A stretch of 64,000 bases of DNA from Mytilus californianus (taxonomy: Eukaryota). Of this stretch, positions 11,071-24,800 are shown in pieces. Numbering within the stretch: the first letter of the stretch is position 1; every line of letters begins with the position of its first letter. The position numbers and the translations under genes are program-made. The stretch spans positions 1,116,001-1,180,000 of the forward strand of contig NW_026262672.1 of NCBI RefSeq assembly GCF_021869535.1. Reading direction: 5' to 3'. A model generated the notes under the pieces. It ran no database searches. It was not told the origin of the DNA and was given only the letters and a program-made list of their open reading frames with translations.

Positions 11071-13529
11071 GATCGTTCTGTCTTATTGACTTTAAAACCT
11101 TATTTTACATGTGTTTTAATTGAACTACTTAAAATTGGTATTTGGTATGTTGTTTTATAAACATTGTCATTTATCATTTCCATGGAGGTTATTTCGCGTG
11201 GCACCTTCCGTCATGGCTCTTCAGATATGTCATTCCATTTTAATTTCAACATTTGCATTTTACTATCAAAATTTCAAAAAGAGAGACGTATCTCTAAGAG
11301 AACATATTTTTGCAAATTTTGCTTATCATCAAATAAATTTGTTACAATACTATGCCCTTTTTATTATTTAGAAATCCTCTTATTCAGACAGAATGCATTA
11401 ATGGCGCTTTTTATCTTTATTGCCAATCATATTATTGAATGTAGACATTTAAATTCGATAATTCTTAAAGAAGACAGTTAATTATTCACTCTCAAAAAGT
11501 AAATTTAAATGGAAGCCAAAAATATGTGATTGGCCATGATCGTAAAACCTGTATTACACGTGCATTGATTAGTGTTTCAATTTTGATTCATCCGTAACTA
11601 TCGTTATTTGGAAAGAAATCATGTCCTTGATTTTATCATGTACAAATATACAAAACGTGACATTAATTCCTTCATTGAAGGTTCTCAAAATTTGAAAAAT
11701 ATTACCTTTCAAATATTTAAAATCCACCTTGGTATAAAGGCGACAGTAGTTTACCGGTAATTAAATTCGATTTTATAAATCAAGGTAACAACAAAAAATC
11801 CCCAGGGAACCTCATGACAGTTTTATTTTACAAGGTATTTATCGAAACATAATTGATGTAATTTTTCTGATGAACACCACAAGGACCCCATGGTTAGGTG
11901 CATGATTAAATAGCTAACTTATTTAGGAACATATTGTGTAATTTTTTAGTTCGGTCGATTAAAAGTTTTTTATTACAGTATAAGCGTATTAGGGGTTAGG
12001 GTTAGTTAGCATTTATTCATGGGCAAATAAGTGATTTTGCTTTGGGTTTTTAAAAACTGATCGACGGATTGATTTAATACTTATTACTGACCCAATGTGT
12101 ATATATCTTATGCCACTATGGACAACTTCTTCAAACAATATAACTCTTTGACCATTTACTGTATTTTGTATTTTATTTATTCATAAAATATATTTTAAAC
12201 ATTGTCGGACTCAGACGCAGGTTACATTTTAAAGCTGTCTTCCGTAGTTTGATGAACTTTTAACCTTCACCCCCGATTTTTTTTTCAAACGATTAATTAA
12301 AAGTAAAATTGACTACTTCAATTTGTAAATATTATATTTAAACGTTACGAAAACAGTTATAACCACGCATGTCTCTCTATTGTATTGACTTCCAATATAA
12401 TGAGGTATAGAATTTATTTTAAAACATATAATTATAGTGTTATTTTAAGTTCAAAAATTTACGTCGAACTGTACACAATAGTACGGAATTTAAATATTTA
12501 TTAACTTGGCAATATTTTCGTTGAATAACTGTTATGATACGATTTGGTTTTTTTTTATAATAAATTATGCATGTTACCTTTCGATATATTATTTATGGAA
12601 TCGAATTATCAAGGGATAAAATTATATTATCCAAATCGAAGTATTAGTAAGTATAGTTATGCAATACTGAAGGACTTGTTGGCATACGAGTCATTATTGT
12701 AGGAAAATGCAAACATTTTTCTAGTTGATCAAATATTACTTAGTGGAAAAGGCATAACAGATTTAAATTGACACACGTCCTAAACATTTGTATATATCCA
12801 TTATATAAATATAAATTTACAAATTCTAATTTTTTGTATTCGGTATCATGAAGAATAAAAAAATCAGAAAAAAAATTCCTCATGATAACCTTTGAGTGTA
12901 TATGTGTTTCGGTACGACTTATATTACTTTTCAAAAATATAACGCGTCATCATAAATTGATTTTACCTTACATTGAACAGTGGTTTCTTCTTCATACTAC
13001 CGATATAAAAATGTGACGCTCGAATAAAATAAATGTAAAAGGGCCTGACAAAGTACGAAGTTGAAGACTATTGAGGACAAAAATTCCGAACAGTTTTGTC
13101 AAACAAAGATAATGTATTATGACCTTATTTAAATCGGGTTTGTTATAATATTACGTTAACGAGAAAAAGAGACAATACAGTTGTCCAAATTTGATCATCT
13201 TTACTCTCACCTCACTTTAAATCTTCCAGATTGAAGTTCATGAAGGCATTTGGAATAAAAAATCATTCATTTGTCTGCAACCCAAATTTACCTGTATTGT
13301 AACCTAAACTTTAATTCGATAACAGAGTTACTTTCAACAACATAACCATTGATCAGAATCCGCCACTCTATGGTGATGTTAAGACAATTGGCATTTAAGT
13401 CTACGGGAAATATATGTCTTTTAACGCCTTAGAAATTAATATAATCTAGACTATTAGGAGAGGTAAAGAAGTCTAATCTGTTCAACGGTTGTGCTTAATT
13501 CATATAGGGAAATTAGATTTCGGTAGGAA

Positions 13530-13990
13530 AAAATAAAATTACAAAAATACCGAACTCCAAGGGAAACTCAAAACGGAAAATCCTAAAAAAAATTGCGAAA
13601 TCAAAATCTCAAACACATCTAACGAATGGAAAACAACTGTCATATTCCTGACTTGGTACAGGCATTTCCTTATGTAGACAAAGGCGGATTAGACCTGGTT
13701 TTATAGCTAACTGAACCTTTCACTTGTATGATTGTCGCATAGAATTACATTTTATTGACAACAATGTGTGAGCAAAACAAACAGACTTAATAGGTAAAAA
13801 CGTCAAAAATTGGGGTTCAGCAGTCAACATTGCAATATAATCTTAATCACTATAAAACAAATAGTTGTTTCAACAAAGAACCACAAATTGGCATATAGAC
13901 AAAGTACATTTTAAGCAAAAATGAAAGACGAGAACTCAAAATTGACCATAGCAAAATAACACAATGGAGAGAAAGTACCGATCCATGTCA
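13530..13990 (-). repeat. Interspersed repeat family B (3' region of the Penelope-like element)
   Basis: Contains the reverse complement of AAACCAGGTT..ATCC..ATTTTCTACATAAGGAAATGCCTGTACCAAGTCAGGAATATGACAGTTG. Other copies at about 23630-24045, 31690-31915, 34825-35080, 36285-36420, 38440-38710, 52990-53100, 54765-55010 and 62240-62340. Confidence 0.8.
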
Positions 13991-14524
13991 CGGTATATAA
14001 TCAAATATGGATAAACAGTAAAGGTTAAAAATATACAAGGACAAAAAAGGGAACTTTGTCACGTAATTAAGATGATAAACAACGTCAGTACCTAGAATCT
14101 ATACTTCAAGACCATATAGGAAACCGGTGTAAAAAAAATGGTCTCATTCTCTTAATTTCAAAAAAAATATATTTAGAAATCAATAACTGAATGTTGCAAG
14201 GCTAAATTTCTGTCCCTACCCAATATACCCTCATTTTCTGTGGCAGTCCAAGTTTCCTCGACCTTTGTTTCAGATGGCCTTTATTACATGACCTAACTAT
14301 TGTTCTTATTGTTAATTTGTTTTCTCTTCATGAACATGCACGACATTGACCACTGAACGTATGAAAATTAAGAATTAATCTTCTATGATACGCAAAAGGG
14401 AGGCAAACGGATATCCAAACTCATAAGTTGAAAACAAACTGACAATGCCACGACAAGAAAACAAAAACGACAAAAAAACAAATAACAGTGTACAAAACAC
14501 AACCTACAAAATGAGGGTGATTAG

Positions 14525-15230
14525 AAATATGGTCACCTTGATCTTCTTCGAATCGGCATTTAATCCCTTACCAAAGGGGCGTCTGTGCAGGATGTATAAA
14601 TCTGCAACTACGTCAATAGGAACGTCCAATCTGATGCCTCGTGTTGAAAGAGTGCCTTCCTCACTTGCAATAACTGCTTGAGGGGTAATTGGATGACCTG
14701 TTGTAAAGCAAACAATTATATCGAACAAACTTTTGTTTTTCAGTGGCAGTCCAAATTCACGCCGTCTTTAGCTGCCGTCCCATCTTGAAAGAACCTACCT
14801 ATTGTATTAATTGTTTCTATCTTTAGTATACATGAAATAAATTCCATTGTACGTTCAGCAAGCGACAATGCTCTGAGATATCCACCTACCGTGCGGAAAC
14901 TGAGTCGGTTTTCGGGAGTGGAAGTAGACTTACCATTTTCTCCAAAAGGTGATGAATGCAACTGGATGGAGATAGAATTCGTGTGGGCGCTTTGTCCAAT
15001 AATGTATCCCAAAAGGTGACTGGGGAATAGAAATATGGTCACTTTGGTCTTTTTCCGACAGGCAGTAAAACCATCGCCAAAGTGGGGCGTTTGTTTGACT
15101 GTGCGGGTTATATACAGCCACGTCAGTTCAGAATGATAACATTAAATCCGATGCCTCGTGTAGAGAGAGTGTCATGCTCTCTGCACCATAAGAACTCATG
15201 AAACAACTCTTTGAGGGGTCCATATGTAGT
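14525..15230 (+). repeat. SINE-like family D, two adjacent or nested pieces
   Basis: AGAAATATGGTCAC occurs at 14523 and 15029; TTAAATCCGATGCCTCGTGTAGAGAGAGTG at about 15143 is the reverse complement of the core seen at 55985-56040. Confidence 0.65.
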
Positions 15231-15244
15231 CTGTTGCAAGGCCT

Positions 15245-15720
15245 GCAGCTGCTACCAAGACTTCATAAAACGTTACCAGTGTCTGAGCAGAAGTTAATAA
15301 ACCAGGGTTATGTCAAAGAACGTCTCGTCCTTTTTTCTTAAAAAATTCATCGGAAGATACCAAGACCTTGTTGATAAATATTCCGTATCAACTTCACAAA
15401 TAATACATGATGGTCTTGAAGTATAGATTCTAGGTACTGACGTTGTTCATCATCTTCATTACATGTTATAGTGCTTTTTTTTTTTTGTCTTTGTAAATAA
15501 TTAACCTTTACTGTTAACTCCATTTTTTGTAATATCCTTTTGGCGTGACTCGGTACTTATGCATCCCGACAATGTGTTTTGTTGTGGTAATTTTTTGTAT
15601 TCGTGTCTTTCATTTTTGCTTATGTGGTTTGTCTATATGCCATTTTGTTTTTCTTTGTTGACATATTTGTTTGTTTTTATAGTGATTGAGATTATAACAC
15701 AATGTTTACTGCTGTACCCC
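15245..15720 (+). mobile_element. Penelope-like element 3' fragment (RT thumb plus 3' region)
   Basis: Translates ...GRYQDLVDKYSVSTSQIIHDGLEV* (stop 15424-15426), followed by the family-B 3' region, then switches to a family-A end at about 15727. Confidence 0.75.
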
Positions 15721-16784
15721 TATTTTACGCTGCGTTGAAGACCCATTGGTGGCCTTCGGCTGTTTTGTGCTCTTTGGTCGGGTTGTTGTCTCTTTGACAC
15801 ATTCCCTATTTCCATTCAAAATTTTACTATAAACTTATACTTTGATTATTAAATAAATATTGCTAACAGTCAAATGGTACGGAACAAGATTATTTTAAAC
15901 ACAATTTCAATCATCTAGAATTAGTTTTGAGGAGATTTGCGGTCTCTTAATGAGCTCAATATAATGAATAGTGTTGCATCCCTGCATTTATTCTACGTTT
16001 TCTTGAATACATAATATACCTTACATGTCAGTGCAGGTAAATTCCGAATCGTGTTAAAAGAAAGGTTAAATGTTAGTATAACACATGTGTGTCTTTAAAA
16101 TCATGGTCAATGAAATAAATACACTACACAGAAAAATTTAAAGGTATATTAAGTTCAATATACAGGTTTCATCAATAAACAAGTGTTTATACAAGTTTAA
16201 ATAAATAATCTTAAAAAATTTGGAATGTATTTAAAGAGACTACAGATCTTCAGTCAACACAAAATAACAAAAGCCGTGACAAGGACAAGTATAGTGTTTG
16301 TAAGTAATCACTCCCACCTATATCTATTTCGATCAGTGGAGTAACACAGTTGTAACAAAAAATCAGAAGAATTAATGTAGGTCAGAAAAAAATATCTATT
16401 CAAAACCGGAATAATAAAAACAGGAAATTATATATAAAACAGTACCAAAGTTTGCCCGAGTATACCATGGTTACATGAAAACAAACTAAAATTAATTTAC
16501 CTACTTTTAAAACGAATGTTTTTTTTTTTTTTTAAATTTAATTCTTGGATTAGTTATTCTATAAATAATCTTTGTCATTTAAAAATCCATTGTTCTCGAA
16601 TTTTGTCTTCGGTGTCACTTTTCAAAACAACGGCTTCTTATATTAGGAAAAAAGTCTAGGAATTGACAAATCATCCAGAATTATGAGGACTTATAAACAT
16701 TTTGGAATAGACATTAGCTTATGACGGTCTTTGCTGTTCCGTAAGTATCTACTTTCCTCAACAAATGAAATTATTAATTGATTT

Positions 16785-17060
16785 TTGGTTGGTTAACGTC
16801 TATTGGCAGTTATTTCATGCATGTTCACAACGAGAACAATTGAACAATAAACATAATAGGTAGGTCTTCCAGTGGAGGCCGTCCGGGATAAAGGACGGTG
16901 AATTTGGACTGCCACTGGGAAATTAGTTTATTTGATAGGGACCGAAATTTTGCCTCGCAACCGGCCACATTAAAAAGTTGTAACAAGGGTTCTTATCGTG
17001 CAAAGAGCGTGGTATTCTCTCTACACGAGGCGTCGAATTTGACTTTCCCTTTATGACCAG
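16785..17060 (-). repeat. SINE-like family D partial copy
   Basis: TTGGTTGGTTAACGTCTATTGGCAG...GGACTGCCACTGGG...AAGGGTTCTTATCGTGCAAAGAGCGTGG matches 55760-56040. Confidence 0.7.
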
Positions 17061-18589
17061 TCATTTTTAAAAAAATTATTCCTTTCCATTTCATCTTAAA
17101 ATTGCTTCGGGTAAAATTCATTAAGTTAGATGTCTTCTATAAGTATTGAAACGAATTTCATACAAATAAGCTTAAAAATGGTCGCATTAAAAATAAAGTA
17201 GAGATGCAAATGTATTCAAATTAACAATTTATATACCTATGCATTGACATATGAATTCTATGGGTTTAAATAATCAATGAAAGGAATATCCAAACAAAAC
17301 ATTAAAACTCAAAAAAAGTATTTGACATTGTGGACATAGGTGCCTTTTAAAAACTGTTTGAATACAATTAACGGATAATGATTAACCAACAATAATTAAC
17401 AATGTTTATTCAATCCAAGGTTGTTGGTTCAAGTGAAAAGTTTGTATAGCGTCTATTTTCTATCATGTATACAAAATAACTTGTAAATATAGTAGATTTT
17501 AAAAAAGTAAAGATGATTAGCATGATAAGTCCAATTTAATTAAAAATTGAAATAAATATCGTTGATTTATTTTGATAATTGTTATAAAGTGACTTCATGT
17601 CCAAGCAGCTATTTTTATTTAGGGGCCAGCTGAGGACCATCTCCGGGTGTGGGATTTTCTCGCTGCGTTGAAGACCAATTGGGGCCTTGGGATGTTGTCT
17701 GCTCTTTGGTCGGGTTGTTGTCTCTTTGACATATTCCCCATTTTCGTTCTCAATTTTATAACAGCTACTTTCGTCCCAACAGATGCTCAAATACATTGCT
17801 AAAATGAAATCATGTCGTCATTAACTGTAATATAAGTAGCTGTATTTCAGAGTATGTTACACACAGCAACGGCATAAAAAGGACAGGCCAAATGTGTGTT
17901 CGAACCATCGATTTTAAAGATTTCGTGAACAAATTTTGCCACTGGACATTGAGCAACCAACAATCAATCAATCCAAATTTGGACATGTTTCCTGGGTGTG
18001 GATTTGCATGACGGGCGATGCATGTATAGAAAGAGACGCTCACACTGACGTTACATCCGGTCTCGCTCCTCATTTTTTTTTTTATCCTGGTTGGGTATCT
18101 TGTCGGAAAGCATGATATATGAACATCGTTAAACTACTGTTGCCTCTAAAAATAATGTTCGCGACAATAAAGATTGCGTGTTTAAACACAGTCTGCTAAC
18201 AATACTTGTCGAGTACATATTATCTATTTCTTGTTGAGTTACTCTCCAGCTCAAATTAATGACCACATAATTTTATGTGGAGACTATAATTCTACAAAAT
18301 CTTTTTTTCTTTTGCTTAAGTGCAAGTCTATCGGACAGAGTAACGCATGTGACAGTTCTCTTATGAATACTATAAGCACCGTGTACATTAACATTTCAAT
18401 AAAGAATGATCAGAAAGTGTCATTAAAGTCTTTATAGTTAATTTAATCTATCGAGTTTTGTATGATGAATCATTAACTTCACTCATTAATATGACAGGCA
18501 GGCATAACCTTTTATTTTTACTATGTACTATTTAGAATAATCATATTTTAAGTTGTTCCAAAAATCTGATACAGATGCTTCAATTAAAC

Positions 18590-19640
18590 ATATATGTATA
18601 AAATGGTACTGTATTGCATACCCTGAATAACAACTGGTTCAAAACAAGAAGATCAAAGAAGCCAGATCATTTAATTTTACATTCAGATTTATTGATGATG
18701 TTCTTCCCATTAACAATCAACACGTTTCTGATTGGATACCACTAATATTTCCTTCAGAACTAGAAATTAAATAAAGAACAGACACGGCTTCCTCCGCCTC
18801 ATGTTTAGACTTATACTTTGAATTTGACATTAGCTGTACTCTCAGTAACAGAATCTATGACAAACGAGACGATTTTAATTTTGAAATTATAAATTTCCCC
18901 CCCAAATTAGCAGTATCTTGCCAACATCACCTGCATATGGGATATACATTTCCCAACTCATTTGGTATTCAGGGGCTTTCAGCTGCTACTCAGACTAAAT
19001 AAAACGCCATCAGTGTCTGCGCAGAAAGTTGATTAACCAGGGTTATGTCCAACAATGTCTCGTCTTTTTTTCTGATACAGTTCATTGAAAGATACCAAGA
19101 CCTTGTTGATAAATATATATTAACTTCACAAATAATACATGATGGTTTAAGTATAGATTCTCGGTACTATCATCTTCATTACGTGTTATAGTGTTCTTTT
19201 TATTTGTCACTGTATATTATTAAACTTTACTGTTTAGTCCAGGTTTGGTTATATACTTTTGATATGGCTCAGTATTTATACATCCCGCCATTGTGTTATT
19301 GTGCTTTGGTTTGTATTCTTGTCTTTCATTTTTGCTTATGTACTTTGTCTGTAGAGTGTTCATATGCCATTTTGATTTCTTTTTGGAACTAGTTATTTGT
19401 TCTTATAGTGATACACATTGTTGTCAAGAAAGTGGAATTCTATGCGACCTGCATGAAAGTGAGATGCTAAGCTACCTATAAAACCAGGTTAAATCCACCA
19501 TTTTCTACACAAGGAAATGGTAGTACCAAGTCAGGAATATAACTATTGTTTTTACATTATTTTGTTGTGTTTGAACTTTAAAATTTTCATTTCCGTTTTA
19601 ACTTTTCCTTGAAGTTCGGAATTTTTGTTATTTTACCTTT
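18590..19640 (+). mobile_element. Decayed Penelope-like retroelement: RT catalytic region, thumb and 3' region
   Basis: FNFTFRFIDDVL (FIDD at 18688-18699), then IYDKRDDFNFEIINFP and PAYGIYISQLI, with stops and frameshifts; continues into family-B sequence. Confidence 0.85.
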
Positions 19641-21240
19641 TTCGCATATCCTGTTTACACTCCCAATGCATGTTTAAATATACGGACGCATGATCAAATG
19701 TGTATAGCATGCTTTTTTTTTTTAACTTATTACGAAATATGCTTAAATTGGTTGAGATTGTACTTAAAGTATTGTTTATTAAGATTCACAATTGGTAGTT
19801 TTAATTGTCATGCATTCTTAATTGTATACATGTATCTTTTCATACGAGATTTAAATAATAACTATCACATTTGTGGTCTGCATCATCATAACTTGTGTAA
19901 GTTGTTATTTTCCTTCAATGGAACATAATACTTTATAGGATAATAACATATTTTGTGTTTAAATTGTAAGTCGTTCATGGAAGTGTTTTATATCATGGTG
20001 ATAATTGTTAGTAAAATGTAGGAAATGTTTCATGATTCAGCCACTTTTTCGAATATTCAGAAGTTTGATGACACGCAATTCTTTATCATCAATAGCTATT
20101 AGTCCTCCATTATAGTATCTGCACTTGATGACATATATTATAGAACTTGAAATAAAGGATACCACAGATATACTCGAGTCTGCTTCATAGTTTGACTTAC
20201 ATCAATAAATTGCCACTGAGGGTCGGAAAAGATCAAAACTTAACAACAAAAAAAAAATAATTCAAGCTCTCAAGTTGAGATTGTTCGTTTCTATATAGCA
20301 ACCTTCTAGCAATTTGGTGGCATTCCGTTTCGTGTTCTTTAAATTGTAGTTTTCTATATTGTATTTTGTGGACTAGTTCGTCTTTTTGTCGTTTTTCGTT
20401 TATTTGCCTTGGCTTTGTCAGTTTGTCTTTGACTTAAGAGTTTTGGTAGTCCCGTTGTATCTCCTTCTAGCAGATCGGTACTTTGTTACATTTGTATTTA
20501 TTTTTGATATTTGTATTGATATTTTGAAACCTTTTTAACTAATTTTATAGTAAGTTATTATGTTGAACTGTTACACTACTGTCTGATTTTATGGGGAGGG
20601 TTGTGAATACACAGAGCTGGGTTTTTTTTCAGTTGGAATTTACAGGCCGCCTTCAAACACGTTTGTACCCAATCAAAGTCTGTATGTACAATTCCCAAGT
20701 CACAAGCCTGTAATTAAATAATTGTCGTTTATATCTATATTTTGTTTTTCAGTTGAATTTTTGTTTTCATTATTTACGTCATTTTGGTCTCTGGTAGTGT
20801 TTTCGAAGGGGTTGTGTTGCTCATCCTTCAGTAGTTGTGTTCTATTTGTGGTGTCATATTTATGTATGTGTTTTGTCTTTAGATACAATCTTGTATACAA
20901 CTATGAAAAAATACCAATCTCCAAGGTTAATTCACAAGGGGAAGTTCATAAAAACAGACATATGTAAACGTTATCAACAAACGGACCGAGGGAAAAAAAG
21001 GTCATATTCCTTTGTTAAAAAAACTTGTGCTTTCATATTTGGTCATTTAAAAGGGTGAGACAAATCAAATTTCCAAGTGGTTTCTAAACTTATTAATGTA
21101 TTAAGGTAAAACTAAAAGCATCTAATAAGGCTCAGCTTTACAAACAAACACACATTTCAAAACCTTCGTAAACGATTTGTTACCAAAGTAACACGAGATT
21201 AGTTGTACTCATTTGGTCTTTTAACTTTATTTGAATTCAA

Positions 21241-21284
21241 GCGTCACTGATGAGTCTTTTGTAGACGAAACGTGCATCTGGCGT
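21241..21284 (+). ncRNA. Type I hammerhead ribozyme motif, family 2
   Basis: GCGTCA-CTGATGA-GTCT(TTTGT)AGAC-GAAA-CGTGCATC-TGGCGT: core CUGAUGA/GAAA, 4-bp stem II, stem I GCGTCA/TGGCGT with G-U pairs. Stem III is imperfect relative to the CGCGCGTC seen in the 47650-47690 copy. Confidence 0.75.
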
Positions 21285-21884
21285 ACAACATTATACGCCG
21301 GGTATCTTTGGTGAGCTTTTATTACGTATATCTATTCAAAAATTGATATATCAAAGAAATGTAAAATTATATTATTGTGTATGAACGCTTGTTAATGTGT
21401 AATATATAATTTCAGAGTTAACAAGGTTATTCTACTTTTTCTATATGAAAATAAGGATACGTGATATTATTAAATGAGACAACTATTTACCAAGACAAAA
21501 TGACGAGAATGTTTAAAGATATGGGTCACTGTACGGCATTCAACAACAAGCAAAACATATTATACAGTAAGCTCTAAATGGCTTCGACATGACAAAGTGA
21601 AACAATTAAAAACAACAAACAAAGAGTAAATAGAATAACCGCGTCCAACTGCAAAAACAGAATCACAGACTTCTGATTTGGGACACACACACAAACACAC
21701 AAAACATTGCGGCATTAAATACGTTTGTGATCGCGCAACACTTGTCCTACATGTAACCTATGCAAGTCTGTTTATTTAAATGGTATGGCTTATGCCATTC
21801 TACTACCTCTTTGAATATCATATTTGGCTTTGGAATGTATTTATGTTTATTCACTAGAAATTCTTCTATATTGGTATCTTATAG

Positions 21885-24800
21885 GTTATATAAAGAAAAG
21901 GTTGAAGCAAAATTCGACTAAGAAGTTTCAGCGTGATGGCTGGTAAGTTGTATATAAACTGAAATAAAAGTAAATGGTATGAATGTCAATAAAGCAACTA
22001 TCGATAAAATAATAAAAGCCCCGTCCCCCTAAAAAACATCTTTTATAAAGGACCTGACTCATATCGATACACAGTTTAAAAAGTTTAAAAAAAATACTTA
22101 GTGTAGAAGTCCGTATGGTTGCCTACAATTGCTTACATCAACTTCATTTGAACTCCTGTAGATAGTTTTTTCATTGGCAATCATACCTCATCTCCTTATA
22201 TTCCCTTACTAACGTCTACTTCATTATTTTCTGATGAGTTTCTTATTGGATTGGCGGTTGTACTTCCCTCATTTTAATATTTTTATAAAGAAACAAAGTA
22301 GCAATCTAAGAGTATTCAATTACTGAAAGCTAGTTCATAGGCAGACACTAATAAAAATCATACATTCTAGACAACATATATATCCTAGACAACATGTATA
22401 TCCAAGACAACATATATATCCAAGACATATATGTATCCAAGACAATATACATATCCAAGACAACATATATGTTTAAGACAACAGCAGGGTTTAAGAACAT
22501 CTGTTGTTCGACCTGTTAGTCAAATGCGATTTGTTAAAATATACTTTTCACTTTTTTGGTCTTTTGGAAAATGTTGTTTGTGCAGTATTTAGACCCCACT
22601 ATCAAGAAATTTGTTTTGCATGCACACGTATAAAAAATGCGGTTTTTATCCAACGCAATCATGGGTTTGAACGTTGTTTTCAATTTAGACTTGTTTAAGA
22701 CAACATATATATGCCAGATAACATATATATATATCAGTATACATCAAATGGACGTCATATGCAATGATGTTGATGTTAATTGTTAGTTGTAAATTAATCT
22801 TACGATTACATTGAGTCATAACAATAACGATGTCAGGTAACATTAATTTTTGTTCGGACATTACTTTAATGTGCACTTGTTAACTTTCAGAAATATTAAA
22901 GCGTCGATCATTACATAAGTAAGTTAATTTAGGGATCAGCTGAAGCCCGCCCTCGGGTTGGGGATTTTCGCGCTACGTTGATGACCCATTGGGGGCCCTG
23001 GACTGTTTTATGCTATTTGGTCGGGTTGTTGTCTTTTTGACGCATTTTTGTTTCCATTCTCTATTCTAACATGTCTAATGTAAGACCTTCGCTTATATAC
23101 GGTGTATGGCTGCTCAACCAGTCTTCGGAATGAAATATTAAAAAAATGCAATTATAGTGGATCAATCATTGAAATAATAGTTAATATTTCTTCATTGTAA
23201 GTTACTTAAATATTGAATTTACCGACGATTGCTTAAAATATGGCATTACCACCAATGGTTCGCGCAAAAATACAAAAGAAAAACGACATATTTTCGAAAT
23301 AACGTTTTCCGAAATATCTAATGTAACTTATAGGTTGTTTAGTCAAAAAAATAATCTTATTTTGTCCATAATGTTAAAAAATTTGATATATGGAGGGAAA
23401 GAAGAAAAAAACAATATTTATACAAAATGTTTGTGTAAATTCCTATACATTTCAATTTTTTTTATATCAAAATATGCAATATTTTTCAAAGGCTATACTG
23501 TATCAATCGATAACTATGTATTCAATCTATTGTTGTTTTTTTTTTTAATTTTCTTCCGTAGAGTAACATTCTTATGTGTTTCTATTCTGTAATTGGTTTG
23601 TTCTTTTGTTCGTTTGTTGTTGTGCTGTAGTCCTTTTTGTGTATTTCCAATCTTTCATTTTTGCTTATGTGCTTTGTCTATATGCCATGTTTTTCTTTGT
23701 TGACATATTTGTTTGTTTTTATATTGATTAAGATTATATAGCACAATGTTGACTGCTGTACCCCTATTTTTGACATTTTTACCTATTATGTCTGTTTGTA
23801 CACACATTGTTGTCAATATAATGGAATTTTGTATGACTGTCAGTGAGAGGTTTAACTAGTTATAAACCAGGTTAAAACCAACATTTTCGACATAAAGAAA
23901 TGCCTGTACCAAGTCAGGAATACGACAGTTGTTTTCCATTCGTTTGGTGTGTTTGCTGTTTTGACTTTGCCATTTGATAAGGGACTTTTCGATTTGAATT
24001 TCCCTTGGAGTTCGTTATTTTTGTTATTTTTGTTATTTTACTCCTTGTTTTTTTATGCCTATTTGTTTTTCTTTTGTGATAATTTAGTTTAACCAACGTA
24101 TAAGATATATTTATCAACCTATAGCTATTGACATCATACATTGTTATAATAACATCGAAACAGATACATTTTGGCAAAATAAAATTAGCCAACAACTATT
24201 TTTAAAGGCTCATGATTGTAAACCAAAGTATGTTCGAACATAATCCATTAAACATCGATATGTTTAAGAGGCAATGAGTTTATCAATGTGATAATAGCTT
24301 AAATCTTTTAGAAGGCACAATTATGAATAAAAGAAATAATCGGGAGAAACAAAGTGTCAGTCAAAATTCGTATAAGTCGAAGAGAAATCATCGCATGGCT
24401 AAAATGAAAAACAACATTTTAAGGTCTTGGTTTGATTTGTTTCAGAAGTTATAGAATTAATGCCTGGTTCGACGGATACAGACTGGATTACCAAATTGGT
24501 ATGGTGAACATTTTATTCAAATTCATTTTTTTATGTTTTATTGTAAACTCCAAGGAAGCCAATAACGAATTAAATGTTACAGCAGAAACAAAATGTATAA
24601 AAGTACGTGCTGGTTCAACAACTGAATACTTCATGTCCATGGTAGTTTAAACAGAGAAGCAGACGATACTAAAGGGACATTCAAACTTACAAGCAGAAGA
24701 CAAACATACGACTTTAACTATGGCGAAAAGACAACCACCGCATACAAATGTAACGATTGAGTAACACGAGTCCTACAAAAATAACGGGGATGATGTCAAG

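Noticed and set aside
11989-12010. TTAGGG telomere-like words
   Set aside because: Only about two units; too short to call an interstitial telomere.
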